Assembly (NCBI GenBank): GCA_963842815.1
Contig: CAWJHU010000002.1
Location: forward strand, 44,513 to 108,512
Length of the DNA: 64,000 bases
Source: Candidatus Nomurabacteria bacterium
GTDB lineage: Bacteria > Patescibacteriota > Minisyncoccia > Phycocordibacterales > UBA9973
Reading direction: 5' to 3'
How positions within the stretch are numbered: the stretch's first letter is position 1; the number at the start of each line of letters is the position of its first letter. Positions 27,162-38,381 of this stretch are shown here, in pieces. Position numbers and translations under genes: made by a program. Under the pieces are notes generated by a model. The model worked only from the letters and a program-made list of their open reading frames with translations, made no database searches and was not told the DNA's origin.

Positions 27162-29144
27162 ATGGAACTGCACGAACTGCCTAAAAATAAAGAGCTTACG
27201 TATATTGGTTATACTACTTATAGAGATAAAAATCAGCTTTTTGGAATAAAGCGCAAAGACAGGCGCCAGCATGTTTATATTCTCGGAAAGTCCGGCACAG
27301 GTAAATCCGTGCTGATGTTCAACATGGTCATTCAGAATATTCAGAATGGTGATGGAGTCTGTGTCGTTGATCCGCACGGCGAGCTGGTGGAGAGCGTGCT
27401 TTCCGCCATTCCTCCGCACCGAATGAAAGATGTCGTTTATTTTAATCCGGCGGATACGGAATATCACATCGGTTTTAATGTCTTGGAACTCATTGACTCA
27501 AAATACAAACACCTGGTGGCTTCCGGATTGATGGGAATTTTTACAAAAATTTGGGCGAACGCTTGGAGCGCCCGAATGGAATACATTTTAAATAATGCGA
27601 TTTTGGCCTTGCTCGATACCCCGGGAACAACACTTCTCGGTATTCCCCGAATGCTGGTGGACAAAGATTATCGTCAAAAAATAATCACTAATTTAAAAGA
27701 CCCAGTCATTAAGGCTTTTTGGGTGCACGAATATGAAGCTTGGCAAGATAAGTTCCGCAATGAAGCTATCGCGCCGATTCAAAACAAAGTCGGACAATTT
27801 CTTTCCACTTCCATCATCCGCAATATCGTCGGTCAGTCCATAAGCACCATAAATATTTTTGACATTATGAATGAAGGCAAAATCTTCTTGGTAAACGTTT
27901 CCAAGGGGCGCATCGGTGAAGACAATTCCTCGCTTTTGGGAGGCATGATTATTACTAAAATCCAGCTGGCGGCCATGGAACGGGTGCGCATTCCGGAAGA
28001 AAGTCGAAAAGATTTTTATTTATATGTGGATGAATTTCAAAACTTCGTTACTGATGCTTTTGCCGGTATTTTGTCCGAGGCTAGAAAATATCGCTTAAAT
28101 TTAACGGTTGCCCACCAATACACCGCCCAGCTTGTTACCGATAAAAGTTCCAGTGTGCGAGACGCTATTTTCGGCAACGTCGGAACGATGATAGTTTTCA
28201 GAGTTGGCGCCGACGATGCGGAATTTTTAGAAAAAGAATTTGAACCGGAATTTACTCCGCAGGATATTGTGAATCTGCCGAACTTCAAAGTTTATTTGAA
28301 ATTAATGATAGACGGCGTATCTTCTCGTCCATTTTCCGCCAAAACCATTCCGCCCATGGTGAAATCCGGCAACAAAGAAGTGGAGGAAGAAGTCATAAAA
28401 TCTTCCCGCACGCTTTATTGTAGGCCAAGAGAAGTGGTGGAAAGGGAAATAAACGATTGGAGTGGAATGTCCATAGGCGACGACAGCAGTTCCGGCAACA
28501 TGGAAAAATTTCCGGCTATTTGTTCCAATTGTAAAAAAGAGACGATGGTTCCTTTCAAGCCGGAGCCGGGCAGAGCGGTCTATTGCAAAGATTGCATAGC
28601 CAAAATAAAAGCCGGCGAGATAAAACCGGTCGGCGGAATAAAACAAATCAAACAGGATGAAACCAAGTTCTATAAGCCCTTGGCGGATTTAGGTATAGAA
28701 TTTCAACAAAAGGACAGAAGCGTGGTGGATGAAGAAAGATACACGGAAAGAATCAACAAACCCATATTCCATGATTTTGATAAAAAAATTCCGATTCCGG
28801 TGAAAAAAAATCCGATATTTTCAACAATTAAGAAAGTTTTTACCAAAAGTCCTGCACCCCAAAAAACGACTGAAATAAAAGTTCCAAGAGAAAATCCGGG
28901 ACTGAAAGAGGCATTGAATAAAGCATTGGCTCAAAATAAGCCTCCTGTTCCAACTCCCACCCCTCCTTCTATTTCGCTCAATGCTTTAAAGAATGAAAAT
29001 AAAGAAAAATCATCCAAAGACCGTGCAGCCAGCGCCGAAGATATGGACAAATTAAAAAATCTTATCAAAACGTCAGATATGTCTAAAACAAGAGAAGAAA
29101 TAAAAGAAGTACCCGAAGATGTTTTGAAAAAAATTTTGGAATAA
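27162..29144 (+). CDS. VirD4/TrwB/HerA-like P-loop ATPase with CxxC-x17-CxxC zinc domain
   Basis: GKSGTGKS, VDPHGEL, YVDEFQNF, LSEARKY; CSNC....VPF.P...R.VYCKDC. Confidence 0.88.
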   Translation: MELHELPKNKELTYIGYTTYRDKNQLFGIKRKDRRQHVYILGKSGTGKSVLMFNMVIQNIQNGDGVCVVDPHGELVESVLSAIPPHRMKDVVYFNPADTEYHIGFNVLELIDSKYKHLVASGLMGIFTKIWANAWSARMEYILNNAILALLDTPGTTLLGIPRMLVDKDYRQKIITNLKDPVIKAFWVHEYEAWQDKFRNEAIAPIQNKVGQFLSTSIIRNIVGQSISTINIFDIMNEGKIFLVNVSKGRIGEDNSSLLGGMIITKIQLAAMERVRIPEESRKDFYLYVDEFQNFVTDAFAGILSEARKYRLNLTVAHQYTAQLVTDKSSSVRDAIFGNVGTMIVFRVGADDAEFLEKEFEPEFTPQDIVNLPNFKVYLKLMIDGVSSRPFSAKTIPPMVKSGNKEVEEEVIKSSRTLYCRPREVVEREINDWSGMSIGDDSSSGNMEKFPAICSNCKKETMVPFKPEPGRAVYCKDCIAKIKAGEIKPVGGIKQIKQDETKFYKPLADLGIEFQQKDRSVVDEERYTERINKPIFHDFDKKIPIPVKKNPIFSTIKKVFTKSPAPQKTTEIKVPRENPGLKEALNKALAQNKPPVPTPTPPSISLNALKNENKEKSSKDRAASAEDMDKLKNLIKTSDMSKTREEIKEVPEDVLKKILE

Positions 29145-29147
29145 CAA

Positions 29148-30893
29148 ATGAAAAACGAAGTCAGACAATGCCAGAACTGCAAAAAAGACTTCACCATAGA
29201 AACTGAAGATTTTTCTTTCTACCAAAAAATTAAAGTTCCTCCGCCGACCTTTTGTCCGGATTGTCGGACTATTCGGCGTTTATGCTGGCGAAACGAAATG
29301 TGTCTCTATAAAAGAAAATGTGATGCTGAAGGACATGACGAAAATGTCATTACCATTTATCATCCGGATGAAAAACTTGTAGTGTATGACACAAAAAGTT
29401 GGTGGGGAGACAAATGGAATGCTATTGCTTACGGGCGAGAATATAATTTTTCAAAACCATTTTTTGAACAATGGAAAGAATTAAGAGACAGCATCCCATT
29501 GCAAGCTCTTTCAAATTCAAATGCGAAAAACAGCGATTATTGTAATGTGGCAGAAGATAGCAAAGACAGTTATATGTCCTCAGGCTCTTGGAAAATTGAA
29601 AAAACTTTTTATTCAAATAGAATCGGAGATATCAAAGAATCCTCAGACCTTTATGTGATTCATCGCTCGGAACTTTGTTATGATGATATGTTTTGCACGG
29701 ATAGTTATCATCTTTTATATTCTTTAAAATGCAAAAATTGTGTGGATTCGTATTTTCTATACGATTGCCACGGCTGTATAAATTGTCTGGGCTGTACCAG
29801 TCTTCGCAGCAAGTCCTATTGTATGTGGAATGAACAGCTTAGCCGGGAGGAATATCTAAGCCGTTTAGAGAAATTGAATTTAAAAAGTTATAAAACTATC
29901 TTAGAACTGAAAGAAAAATTTAATGAATTTTATTTGAAATCGATTCATCGTTTTGCCAATCAGGTAAAGGTAATAAATTCTACCGGAGATAATATTGAAG
30001 GAACAAAAAATTGCAAAATCTGTTTTGACACATTTGACCGAGTGGAAGACTGTAAATATTCTCATTGGGATATACGCATTAAAGACGCCTATGATTCGGG
30101 TCCAGGAGGAGGAGAGGGAGAATTACTATATGAAGTATTTGATACCGGTTTGGGCAATTTTCGCAATTTGTTTACCAGCGTGGTATATAGTTCCAACGAC
30201 GTTGAATATTCTTTCAATTGCTATGGCTGTTCGTATTTATTCGGATGTATCGGAATTAGGAATAAAAATTATTGCATTTTAAATAAACAGTATAGTAAAG
30301 AAGAATATGAAGCCCTCATTCCAAAAATCAAAGAGCAGATGAATAAAATACCGTATGTCGATAAAAGGGGACTTGTTTATAAGTACGGGGAATTTTTCCC
30401 GGCGGAAATTTCACCATTTTGTTATAACGAGACTCAAGCGCAAGATTATTTTCCCATAACCAAAGAAAAAGCGTTAAAAATGGGGTACAGATGGCGAGAC
30501 AGAAAAATCAGCGATTATGTGACGACCATAGAGGCTATAAATTTGCCGGATAGCTTAGAAGATATCCAGGATTCTATTACGGAAGAAATTATTGGCTGTT
30601 TGCATAAAGGGAAATGTCAGGACCGTTGCCTGGGAGCTTTTAAAATCACAGAAAATGAACTCAGATTATATCGCCAAATCGGAGTGCCTTTACCACGACT
30701 TTGTTTTATTTGCCGCCACGAAGCCCGACTCCGAAAACGCAATCCGATGAAATTATGGCGTCGAACTTGTATGTGTGATAAGAAAAGTCACGAACATGAT
30801 GGTAAATGTAAAAATGAATTTGAAACTAGTTATTCTCCCGACAGACCGGAGATTATTTATTGCGAGAGCTGTTACAATAAGGAAGTGTATTGA
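29148..30893 (+). CDS. Cys-rich CPR-type protein, paralogue 2
   Basis: Same N-terminal and GEFFP motifs as 20712..22418; ends FETSYSPDRPEIIYCESCY. Confidence 0.85.
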   Translation: MKNEVRQCQNCKKDFTIETEDFSFYQKIKVPPPTFCPDCRTIRRLCWRNEMCLYKRKCDAEGHDENVITIYHPDEKLVVYDTKSWWGDKWNAIAYGREYNFSKPFFEQWKELRDSIPLQALSNSNAKNSDYCNVAEDSKDSYMSSGSWKIEKTFYSNRIGDIKESSDLYVIHRSELCYDDMFCTDSYHLLYSLKCKNCVDSYFLYDCHGCINCLGCTSLRSKSYCMWNEQLSREEYLSRLEKLNLKSYKTILELKEKFNEFYLKSIHRFANQVKVINSTGDNIEGTKNCKICFDTFDRVEDCKYSHWDIRIKDAYDSGPGGGEGELLYEVFDTGLGNFRNLFTSVVYSSNDVEYSFNCYGCSYLFGCIGIRNKNYCILNKQYSKEEYEALIPKIKEQMNKIPYVDKRGLVYKYGEFFPAEISPFCYNETQAQDYFPITKEKALKMGYRWRDRKISDYVTTIEAINLPDSLEDIQDSITEEIIGCLHKGKCQDRCLGAFKITENELRLYRQIGVPLPRLCFICRHEARLRKRNPMKLWRRTCMCDKKSHEHDGKCKNEFETSYSPDRPEIIYCESCYNKEVY

Positions 30894-30946
30894 CCTCACC
30901 CTAACCCTCTCCTGCCAGGAGAGGGGAAAAAGCAAAGGGGTGAGGT
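30893..30946. repeat. Nested palindromic REP-like element
   Basis: acctcaccct...ggggtgaggt enclosing ccctctcct-gcc-aggagaggg. Confidence 0.7.
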
Positions 30947-30980
30947 GGAATTTAAGCTGATTTTGTAGTAAAATAGCCAT

Positions 30981-32516
30981 ATGCCGAAGACAAATCGGGT
31001 GCAAATAATCAAATATGGCCCGCCGCCACCGGAATTGCCGGTGTTCGGAAAAGTGAAGCCTGAAGAAGTTTCTTTTATTGGGCGCACGAATTATGTGGCT
31101 TCTCTGGAAGAAAAGAAATTTATTTTTGGCATTAAGCGCATAGATCGCAGGCGCCATCTTTATATTGTCGGCAAGTCCGGCGTTGGCAAAAGCAAATTGC
31201 TTGAACTTTTGATGCGCCAGGATGTGACCTACAATCACGGCTTATGTTTTATTGACCCGCACGGCGATGTGATAGACGCGATGTTGGATTATATCCCAAA
31301 AGAACGCATTGAAGATGTTTGTGTCATAGACCCTGGAGATGTAGATTTTCCCGCATCCTTCAATCCGCTAGCCAATGTTGACCCGATGTTTAAATTTCAA
31401 TTGACCCAAGGTTTGATTGAAGTTCTGCAAAAACAATTCGGAGCCAACTGGACACCTCGTTTGGAACACGTTTTTCGTTTCACTTGTCTTGCCTTGCTTG
31501 ATTATCCGCATGCCACAATGCGCGGGATGATTTCAATGCTGACCGACAGAAATTACAGGCAGAAAGTGGTTGAATATATTACCGACGACATGGTCAAAAG
31601 ATTCTTCGCTATAGAATTCGCCGATTGGTCCGAGAAATTCGATACGGACGCTATTATTCCGCTGGTCAACAAACTCGGACAATTCTTGTCCGACCCGTTG
31701 CTCCGAAATATTTTCGGCCAGAAACAGAATAAAATTGACATAGGCGAACTTATGGAACAGGGCAAATTAATTTTTATAAATCTTTCCAAAGGACGCATCG
31801 GAGAAGAAAATTCCAGTTTCTTCGGTTCAATGTTCTTGACCAAAATAAAACAAGCGGGAATGGAGCGGGCCAGCATTCCGGAAGAAAACCGCGTAGACTT
31901 TTATTTGTATATAGATGAGTTTCATAATATTGTTACCCAGACATTTGAAAATATTTTATCAGAAGCCAGAAAATATGCCTTGAACCTCACTATGGCGCAC
32001 CAATACATTGGTCAGCTTATTCCGCAAGTGCAACACGCGGTGCTCGGGAATACAGGAAGCATTATTTGTTTCAGAGTAGGTGGAGAAGACGCGGTGAAAT
32101 TAAAACCGGAATTTGAACCTTTGTTCGGAGTGAAAGATATGATCAATTTGGCAGTAGCGGAATTTTATATTAAAATGACGATTGATGGGGAATCTTACGA
32201 CCCATTTTCCGCCGAGACTTTACGAGTCTTGCCTCCGACGCATCCATCATACCGAAAAGAAATCATTGAAGCTTCACGCAGAAAGTATTCAATATCCAAA
32301 GATGATGCGCAGAAATTAATAGAAGAGGAGGAGGCTTCCATTATCCGAAGTGCGGAAGAGAAAACCATTATTGAAGGGAAGGGAAAGAAAAAAGAAGATA
32401 AAGAAACAAAAGAAGGCGAAGGAGAATTGGAAGAAGATAAAGTTAACAGACTTGATGAAATTTTAAAGAAAGAAATAAAAAATAAAGTGGGCGGAGAAGC
32501 TGAGCCGATGATATAG
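30981..32516 (+). CDS. VirD4/TrwB/HerA-like P-loop ATPase, second paralogue
   Basis: [28 protein letters not shown]. Confidence 0.88.
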   Translation: MPKTNRVQIIKYGPPPPELPVFGKVKPEEVSFIGRTNYVASLEEKKFIFGIKRIDRRRHLYIVGKSGVGKSKLLELLMRQDVTYNHGLCFIDPHGDVIDAMLDYIPKERIEDVCVIDPGDVDFPASFNPLANVDPMFKFQLTQGLIEVLQKQFGANWTPRLEHVFRFTCLALLDYPHATMRGMISMLTDRNYRQKVVEYITDDMVKRFFAIEFADWSEKFDTDAIIPLVNKLGQFLSDPLLRNIFGQKQNKIDIGELMEQGKLIFINLSKGRIGEENSSFFGSMFLTKIKQAGMERASIPEENRVDFYLYIDEFHNIVTQTFENILSEARKYALNLTMAHQYIGQLIPQVQHAVLGNTGSIICFRVGGEDAVKLKPEFEPLFGVKDMINLAVAEFYIKMTIDGESYDPFSAETLRVLPPTHPSYRKEIIEASRRKYSISKDDAQKLIEEEEASIIRSAEEKTIIEGKGKKKEDKETKEGEGELEEDKVNRLDEILKKEIKNKVGGEAEPMI

Positions 32517-32521
32517 AAATT

Positions 32522-33190
32522 ATGAGTAAAGATTATTACAACATTTTAGGCGTAAATAAAGGCGCTTCTAAAGACGAAATCAAGAAGGCTTTTTATAAAT
32601 TGGCGCACAAATATCATCCTGATAAAAAAGAAGGCAATGAAGCAAAATTCAAAGAAGTAAACGAAGCTTATCAAGTACTTTCGGATGATGCCAAACGTGC
32701 GAAATACGACCAATTCGGGTCTGGATTTGAGAATATGGGGCAGGGGTACGGCGGAGCCAGACAAGGCGGCTTTAGTGGTTTTGAAGGTTTTGATTTCGGT
32801 AATTTTGCTGGAGGATTCCAAGGTAACAGTGGCGTGGATTTTGATTTTGGCGACCTGAACGATATTTTCAGCAGTTTTTTTACCGGAGGCAGGGGAGGGT
32901 TTACCAGAACTCCACGCGGACGAGATATGCAGACGGAATTGCAGATTTCTTTAATAGATTCTCTTTTGGGGGCGGAAAAGAAAATAATAGTGAGTGGAAA
33001 TAGGGAAGTAATCATAAAAATTCCTGCCGGCATTCAAAATAATCAGACTCTCAAGATGACCGGCTATGGCGAGACCATAAAAAATGGCAAAGCCGGCGAT
33101 TTATATATAAAAATAATTATAAAAATACCGAATAAGATTTCCAAAAAAGCCCGCGAACTTTTGGAGGAGCTTAAAAAAGAGGGGATATAG
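32522..33190 (+). CDS. dnaJ: Short DnaJ-family co-chaperone (J domain, G/F region, partial CTD, no zinc finger)
   Basis: [24 protein letters not shown]-rich linker, KIPAGI, GDLY. Confidence 0.85.
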   Translation: MSKDYYNILGVNKGASKDEIKKAFYKLAHKYHPDKKEGNEAKFKEVNEAYQVLSDDAKRAKYDQFGSGFENMGQGYGGARQGGFSGFEGFDFGNFAGGFQGNSGVDFDFGDLNDIFSSFFTGGRGGFTRTPRGRDMQTELQISLIDSLLGAEKKIIVSGNREVIIKIPAGIQNNQTLKMTGYGETIKNGKAGDLYIKIIIKIPNKISKKARELLEELKKEGI

Positions 33191-33238
33191 AACCATACTC
33201 AATATAAGCGATAGCAGAATTTGAGTATTGATAAAAAT

Positions 33239-34942
33239 ATGAAAAGTGAAACTAAAAATTGTCAGAATTGCAAAAAAGATTTTACAATAGAACCTGAAGA
33301 TTTTAAATTCTACGAAAAAATCAATGTTCCTCCTCCGACCTGGTGCCCAGAATGCAGACGCATTAGACGTCTCTCATTCCAAAATTCTTGGAATTTAAAT
33401 TGGCGTAATTGTGACAAATGCGGGAAGAGGATGCTTTCTGTGTATGGGCCGGAAATAAAAAATATAATTTGGTGTTTAGATTGTTGGTGGAATGATACCT
33501 GGGATGGCACTGAGTATGCGATGGATTATAATCCTTCACGTCCTTTTTTGGAACAAGTAAAAGAGTTAAGTAATAGAACACCTTTTTCATCACTGCAAAG
33601 TGCACATACCACATTAAAAAACTCAGCTTATACAAATGAAGTAGGGTGGAGTAAAGATTGTTACTTAGTTTTTTGGGCGGATTATTGTGAAGGTGTTTAC
33701 TATTCTTCTATTTTAAATGCTTTAAAATATAGTGCAGATTGTCTTCGAGCACTTGATTCAGAGCTTTGTTATGAATCTATAGGTGTAAAAAAATGTTATC
33801 AAACTTTTTTTTCAGAGGAGTGTGATAATTGCGTAGATGTTTATTTTTCTCGTAATTGTTATAGTTGTACAAATTGCATTGGATGTGTGAATCTTCGTGG
33901 AGCCATAAATTATATTTTCAACGTAAAATATAGTAAAGAAGAATATGTAGAAAAATTAAAAGAACTAAAAATTGACTCATGGGAAAGTTTACAAAAATTA
34001 AAACAGAAAGCACAAAAATTTTGGCTTACTAAACCATATAGAGAATACTCAGGCAACTCTTTAAATTTTAATGTGACGGGTGAATATGTTTATGAATCAA
34101 AAAATTCTAAGAACTTATATATTTGTGATGGTGCTGAAGATTGTAAATGGACCGAACTGATAACTGTAAAAACTGCAAAAGATTGTATAGATTATTCTGG
34201 ATGGGGGAATAATTCTTCTTTGATTTATGAATGTGTGAACGTTGGTGAAAATGTGAACTCTGCTTACTTTTCTTTATATAGTTGGTTGGATTGTGTAAAT
34301 ATACAATATTGCTACTGGTCTATGTCTGGGAAAAATAATTTCGGTTGTGTAAATTTGAAAAGAAAGCAATATTGTATTTTAAACAAAGAATATTCAAAAG
34401 ATGAATATGAAAAACTAAAAGCAAAAATTATAGAAGATATGAAAAAAAATCCCTATGTAGATAAACTCGGACGTATATTTAGCTACGGAGAATTTTTTCC
34501 ACTTGAATTTGGTAAATTTCCTTACAATAAATCAAATGCTATGCGTTTCTTTCCAAAAACAAAAGAGCAAGCACTTATTGAAGGATATTATTGGGGAGAA
34601 ACAGAAAATCTTGGGTATCCAATTTCAATAAAATCTTCTTCTTTACCAGATACTATAAAAGAAACGAGTGAGTTAATTTTAAACGAAACCATAGGATGTT
34701 CTGTTTGTAACCGTGCATACAAAATTACTAAAGGGGAAATTGATCTTTTACGTAAAATGAATTTACCCCTTCCTCATGAATGTCCTAAGTGTAGGGAAAA
34801 TAAGCGATTTTCTAGATTAAACTTGCCAAAGCTTTATAAAAGAATTTGTGCAAAATGTAAAAAAGAAATTAATACAGCCTTTTCTCCCGATCATCCAGAA
34901 ATAGTTTACTGTGTAAAATGTTACCAACAAGAATTTTCTTAA
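33239..34942 (+). CDS. Cys-rich CPR-type protein, paralogue 3 (more AT-rich)
   Basis: CQNCKKDFTIEPEDF.FYEKI.VPPPTWCPECR, YGEFFP, IVYC.KCY. Confidence 0.85.
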   Translation: MKSETKNCQNCKKDFTIEPEDFKFYEKINVPPPTWCPECRRIRRLSFQNSWNLNWRNCDKCGKRMLSVYGPEIKNIIWCLDCWWNDTWDGTEYAMDYNPSRPFLEQVKELSNRTPFSSLQSAHTTLKNSAYTNEVGWSKDCYLVFWADYCEGVYYSSILNALKYSADCLRALDSELCYESIGVKKCYQTFFSEECDNCVDVYFSRNCYSCTNCIGCVNLRGAINYIFNVKYSKEEYVEKLKELKIDSWESLQKLKQKAQKFWLTKPYREYSGNSLNFNVTGEYVYESKNSKNLYICDGAEDCKWTELITVKTAKDCIDYSGWGNNSSLIYECVNVGENVNSAYFSLYSWLDCVNIQYCYWSMSGKNNFGCVNLKRKQYCILNKEYSKDEYEKLKAKIIEDMKKNPYVDKLGRIFSYGEFFPLEFGKFPYNKSNAMRFFPKTKEQALIEGYYWGETENLGYPISIKSSSLPDTIKETSELILNETIGCSVCNRAYKITKGEIDLLRKMNLPLPHECPKCRENKRFSRLNLPKLYKRICAKCKKEINTAFSPDHPEIVYCVKCYQQEFS

Positions 34943-34951
34943 ATTTAATTT

Positions 34952-35536
34952 ATGCTTCCTGAGAATATAATTTTTGTCGGAGTTATATTAAGTTTAATAG
35001 CCTCCTTTTTCTATATTAGAAATATTTTTTATGGAAGCACAAAGCCGAATTTAGTTTCTTGGTTTATTTGGATGCTTGCGCCTTTTATTGGAGTATTTTT
35101 TCAATTAAAAGCAGGAGCTAGTCTTTCTGTTTTGCCAACATTTATGGCAGGTTTCGGACCCCTTTTGGTGATAATCTTTTCTTTATGGAATAAGAACGCT
35201 TATTGGAAAATAGAAAAATTAGATATAATTTGTGGAATATTTTCTTTTTTAGCTTTAATACTTTATATATTTACACACAATTTAGGAGTGTCGGTTCTTT
35301 TTGCAATAATTAGTGATGGGTTAGCAGCTATACCAACTCTCGCAAAATCTTGGAAATTTCCAGAAACTGAAACAGCAGCTCCTTATTTGACAGGCATCTT
35401 TAATAATATTTTAGGCTTATTTATTATAAAAAATTGGATCTTTTCTATTTACTCTTTCAGTGTTTATTTTATTATAATAAATATAGCAATATCTTTTTGT
35501 ATTTATCACAAAAGAATTTTTAAACAGGCAATTTAA
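34952..35536 (+). CDS. Hypothetical multi-pass membrane protein
   Basis: About 6-7 TM; G.TKPN.VSW.IW and D.LAAIPT..KSW..PETE motifs. Confidence 0.75.
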   Translation: MLPENIIFVGVILSLIASFFYIRNIFYGSTKPNLVSWFIWMLAPFIGVFFQLKAGASLSVLPTFMAGFGPLLVIIFSLWNKNAYWKIEKLDIICGIFSFLALILYIFTHNLGVSVLFAIISDGLAAIPTLAKSWKFPETETAAPYLTGIFNNILGLFIIKNWIFSIYSFSVYFIIINIAISFCIYHKRIFKQAI

Positions 35537-36912
35537 ATTTTATTTATTTTATATCCATCGGAAGAATCTTTTACTTCATATCCTAAGGAATTTATTTTAT
35601 CTCGCAACTCATCGGACTTTTTGAAATCTTTATTTTTGCGTGCTTCTTCGCGCTCTTCCGCTAATTTTTTTATTTCTTTTGGAATCACGTCTTCCTTTAG
35701 ATTTTCAAAACCTAATCCGAAAACTTTATCAAAATCAAGAACGGTTGCCTTTCTGTCGGCAGGGGAAATTTTTTCATCTTTTATTACATCCCAAAGGAGG
35801 GATAAAGCCCGCGGAGTGTCCAGGTCATCCTCTATGTATTCTTTGAACTTTTGCTGATAAAGAGGACTAACTTTCCCAACAGCCTCCCCAAGCTCCATAT
35901 AGAGCTTATAGAGGCGTTTTAGGGCTATTTCAGAGCCTTCTATGACCTCCCAGCTGAAGTTTACCTTGGTATGATAACTAGCCATTAAAAGCCAAAAACG
36001 GTACGAAATGGGGTCTATTCCTTTATCCAAAAGACTTTTAATTTGCAGAAAATTGCCGGTGGATTTTGCCATTTTTTCGCCTCCGGTGTCCACAAATTCA
36101 CTATGCATCCAAAATTTTACAAAAGGTTTTTTACCGGTGGCACATTCAGATTGGGCAATTTCATTGGTGTGATGCGTAGGAATAAGGTCAATGCCTCCGG
36201 TGTGAATATCAAATTGCTCGCCGAGAAATTTTATGCCCATGGCCGAACATTCAATATGCCAGCCGGGAAAACCTTTTCCCCAAGAAGATTCAAAGCCGAT
36301 TTTTGAATTAAATTTCCAAAGTGCAAAATCTTCCGGATTTTTTTTCTCTGAATTTTCCACAATTCTTGCTCCTTCTTTGTTCCAATCTCTTTTTCCACCC
36401 CAAAGCACCCCATAGTCGGGCATTTTGGATGTGTCAAAATAAATTCCATCGCTTGTTTTGTATGTATATCCTTTATCTTCTAATTTTTTTACCAAAGCGA
36501 TATCTTCTTTTACATAATCGCTGGCAAAATACATTCCGGTAGGTTTTTCAACGTTCAGTGTTTTTAAATCTTCTCTAAAACTTTTTGTATAAAATTCTGC
36601 CAGTTCCCGCATGTTTTTTAAGGTTAATTCTTTTCCTTCCCGCAAAAGTCCCTTGGTCATTTTATCTTCACCTGAATCCGCATCACTGGAAAGATGTCCG
36701 ATGTCCGTGATGTTCATTATTTGTTTTACTTTAAGCCCCTCATATCGAAGAATACGGCACAAAATATCTGCGAAAATATAAGAACGCAGATTGCCTATAT
36801 GGGTATAATTATAAACCGTCGGTCCGCAGGAATACATCCGGACTTCATTTTTGTCTATGGGAGTAAAAATTTCTTTTTCCCTGGTCAGAGTGTTGTAAAA
36901 TTTTAAGGGCAT
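35533..36912 (-). CDS. cysS: Cysteine--tRNA ligase
   Basis: MYSCGPTVY...HIGN, DFALWK, GFPGWHIECSAM, HHTNEIAQ, KMAKS. Confidence 0.97.
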   Translation of the reverse strand: MPLKFYNTLTREKEIFTPIDKNEVRMYSCGPTVYNYTHIGNLRSYIFADILCRILRYEGLKVKQIMNITDIGHLSSDADSGEDKMTKGLLREGKELTLKNMRELAEFYTKSFREDLKTLNVEKPTGMYFASDYVKEDIALVKKLEDKGYTYKTSDGIYFDTSKMPDYGVLWGGKRDWNKEGARIVENSEKKNPEDFALWKFNSKIGFESSWGKGFPGWHIECSAMGIKFLGEQFDIHTGGIDLIPTHHTNEIAQSECATGKKPFVKFWMHSEFVDTGGEKMAKSTGNFLQIKSLLDKGIDPISYRFWLLMASYHTKVNFSWEVIEGSEIALKRLYKLYMELGEAVGKVSPLYQQKFKEYIEDDLDTPRALSLLWDVIKDEKISPADRKATVLDFDKVFGLGFENLKEDVIPKEIKKLAEEREEARKNKDFKKSDELRDKINSLGYEVKDSSDGYKINKI

Positions 36913-36920
36913 ATGATTAA

Positions 36921-37940
36921 TTAAGAATTACTATTTTGAAATTCATCCCTATATATTGAAATGAGAGTATAAAGCAAGCTGATGGTCAAAGGTCCGACTA
37001 AAATGCCTACCGGACCCAGAAGTGAAATTCCGCCCAAAACGGAAAATAAAATTAAAAGAGGATGCAGATTTATTTTATTGCCCACAATAATTGGATTCAA
37101 TAAAGTGCCGAGAGTTCCTACCATAGCCACCGCCCAAAGTAAAAGCCCGAAAGCTTCCAAAGTTCTTCCTGTGGCGAAAAGAAATATTACAGCCGGGATA
37201 GAAACAATACCACTGCCGACTGTGGGAATGAAAGAAGTAATCATGGCCACCAATCCCCAAAGCGCCGGATTGGGCACTTTGAATATTACAAATCCGATGC
37301 AGACCAATGCTCCCTGAAGAAAAACAACGAAAAGATTTCCTTTGATAATACTGTTTACGGCGAGTGAAAGTTTCTTTATTATTTTTTCATTATCAATATC
37401 GGAAAGGGGACTCAGGGCGATTAAGGCTTTTTTCCAATGGGCGCTATCTTTTAAAAAGTAGAAAATAGAAAGAAAAGTAAGGAAAAAGGAAAAAAGTGCA
37501 GATAATGTAGAAGTAAAAACACTAGCCATGTTGTCCGCTATAAAAGAAATGAAATTTGAAATTTTATCGTGTAAATTAAAAGATATGCCGTGAGGGAGTA
37601 TTGAATTGATGGAATTATTTATTGAATCTATGAAAGGCAAAGTATTTCCATTATTGACTACAAAACTATAAACATTCTGGCTTTGGTTGAGAACTACAAC
37701 CCCCGCGCCAAAGAGCAGAACGCCGATTATTATGATAAAAAGCAGTACCGCTAAAAGGGCTGAGAGCCAGCTGGGCACTTTTCTTTTGTTCAGCCAATCA
37801 TAAACAGGATAAAGCACGATGGAAAAAGAAATACTGAGCACCAGTACTATCCAAAAAGGGCGAAAAACAAAAAAAGAAAAAATGAAAATAGCAAATAATA
37901 GACCGATAAAAAAATATTTTCCAATAATTTTTGTTTGCAT
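36921..37940 (-). CDS. AI-2E family transporter (PerM-like)
   Basis: Multi-TM; FYFLKD, IP.VG, LHPLLILFSVLGG...GPVGILVGP. Confidence 0.88.
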   Translation of the reverse strand: MQTKIIGKYFFIGLLFAIFIFSFFVFRPFWIVLVLSISFSIVLYPVYDWLNKRKVPSWLSALLAVLLFIIIIGVLLFGAGVVVLNQSQNVYSFVVNNGNTLPFIDSINNSINSILPHGISFNLHDKISNFISFIADNMASVFTSTLSALFSFFLTFLSIFYFLKDSAHWKKALIALSPLSDIDNEKIIKKLSLAVNSIIKGNLFVVFLQGALVCIGFVIFKVPNPALWGLVAMITSFIPTVGSGIVSIPAVIFLFATGRTLEAFGLLLWAVAMVGTLGTLLNPIIVGNKINLHPLLILFSVLGGISLLGPVGILVGPLTISLLYTLISIYRDEFQNSNS

Positions 37941-38033
37941 ATGTCAAATATTATAAACCATAAACCTTTAAAATACAACCATATTTTTAGGGTGCAGTTG
38001 CCTTTTTAAGGGATTTCGTATAATATGGGTTAT

Positions 38034-38351
38034 ATGAAATTTGCAGTCATACAAACAGGCGGAAAACAATACAAAGTCCAGAAAGACGAGCTGTTTCCCA
38101 TTGAAAAAATGACGGGGGAATACAAAGTTGGAGACAAAATCTCTTTTGATAAAGTTCTTCTGGTAGATGACGGCAAGAATACAACTATCGGCACTCCTCA
38201 TATCAAGGGGGCAAGCGTTGAAGCTGAATTGGTACAAATCGGTCGCGCTCGAAAAGTTTTAGTAATGAAATACAAGCAAAAATCCCGTTATCTCCGCCGC
38301 AACGGCCACCGCCAGCCATTTTTTAAAGTAAAAATTTTGGATATAAAATAA
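38034..38351 (+). CDS. rplU: 50S ribosomal protein L21
   Basis: AVIQTGGKQYKV, IGTP, GHRQPF. Confidence 0.97.
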   Translation: MKFAVIQTGGKQYKVQKDELFPIEKMTGEYKVGDKISFDKVLLVDDGKNTTIGTPHIKGASVEAELVQIGRARKVLVMKYKQKSRYLRRNGHRQPFFKVKILDIK

Positions 38352-38381
38352 AAAAACTTCTGATTTATTCAGAAGTTTTTT
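38352..38381. terminator. Bidirectional terminator between rplU and recR
   Basis: aaaaaacttctga-ttta-ttcagaagtttttt between convergent genes. Confidence 0.7.

Noticed and set aside
27162-32516. Conjugative element or ICE suggested by two VirD4-like ATPases
   Set aside because: No relaxase, VirB genes, integrase or att repeats are seen; such ATPases are common chromosomal genes in CPR.
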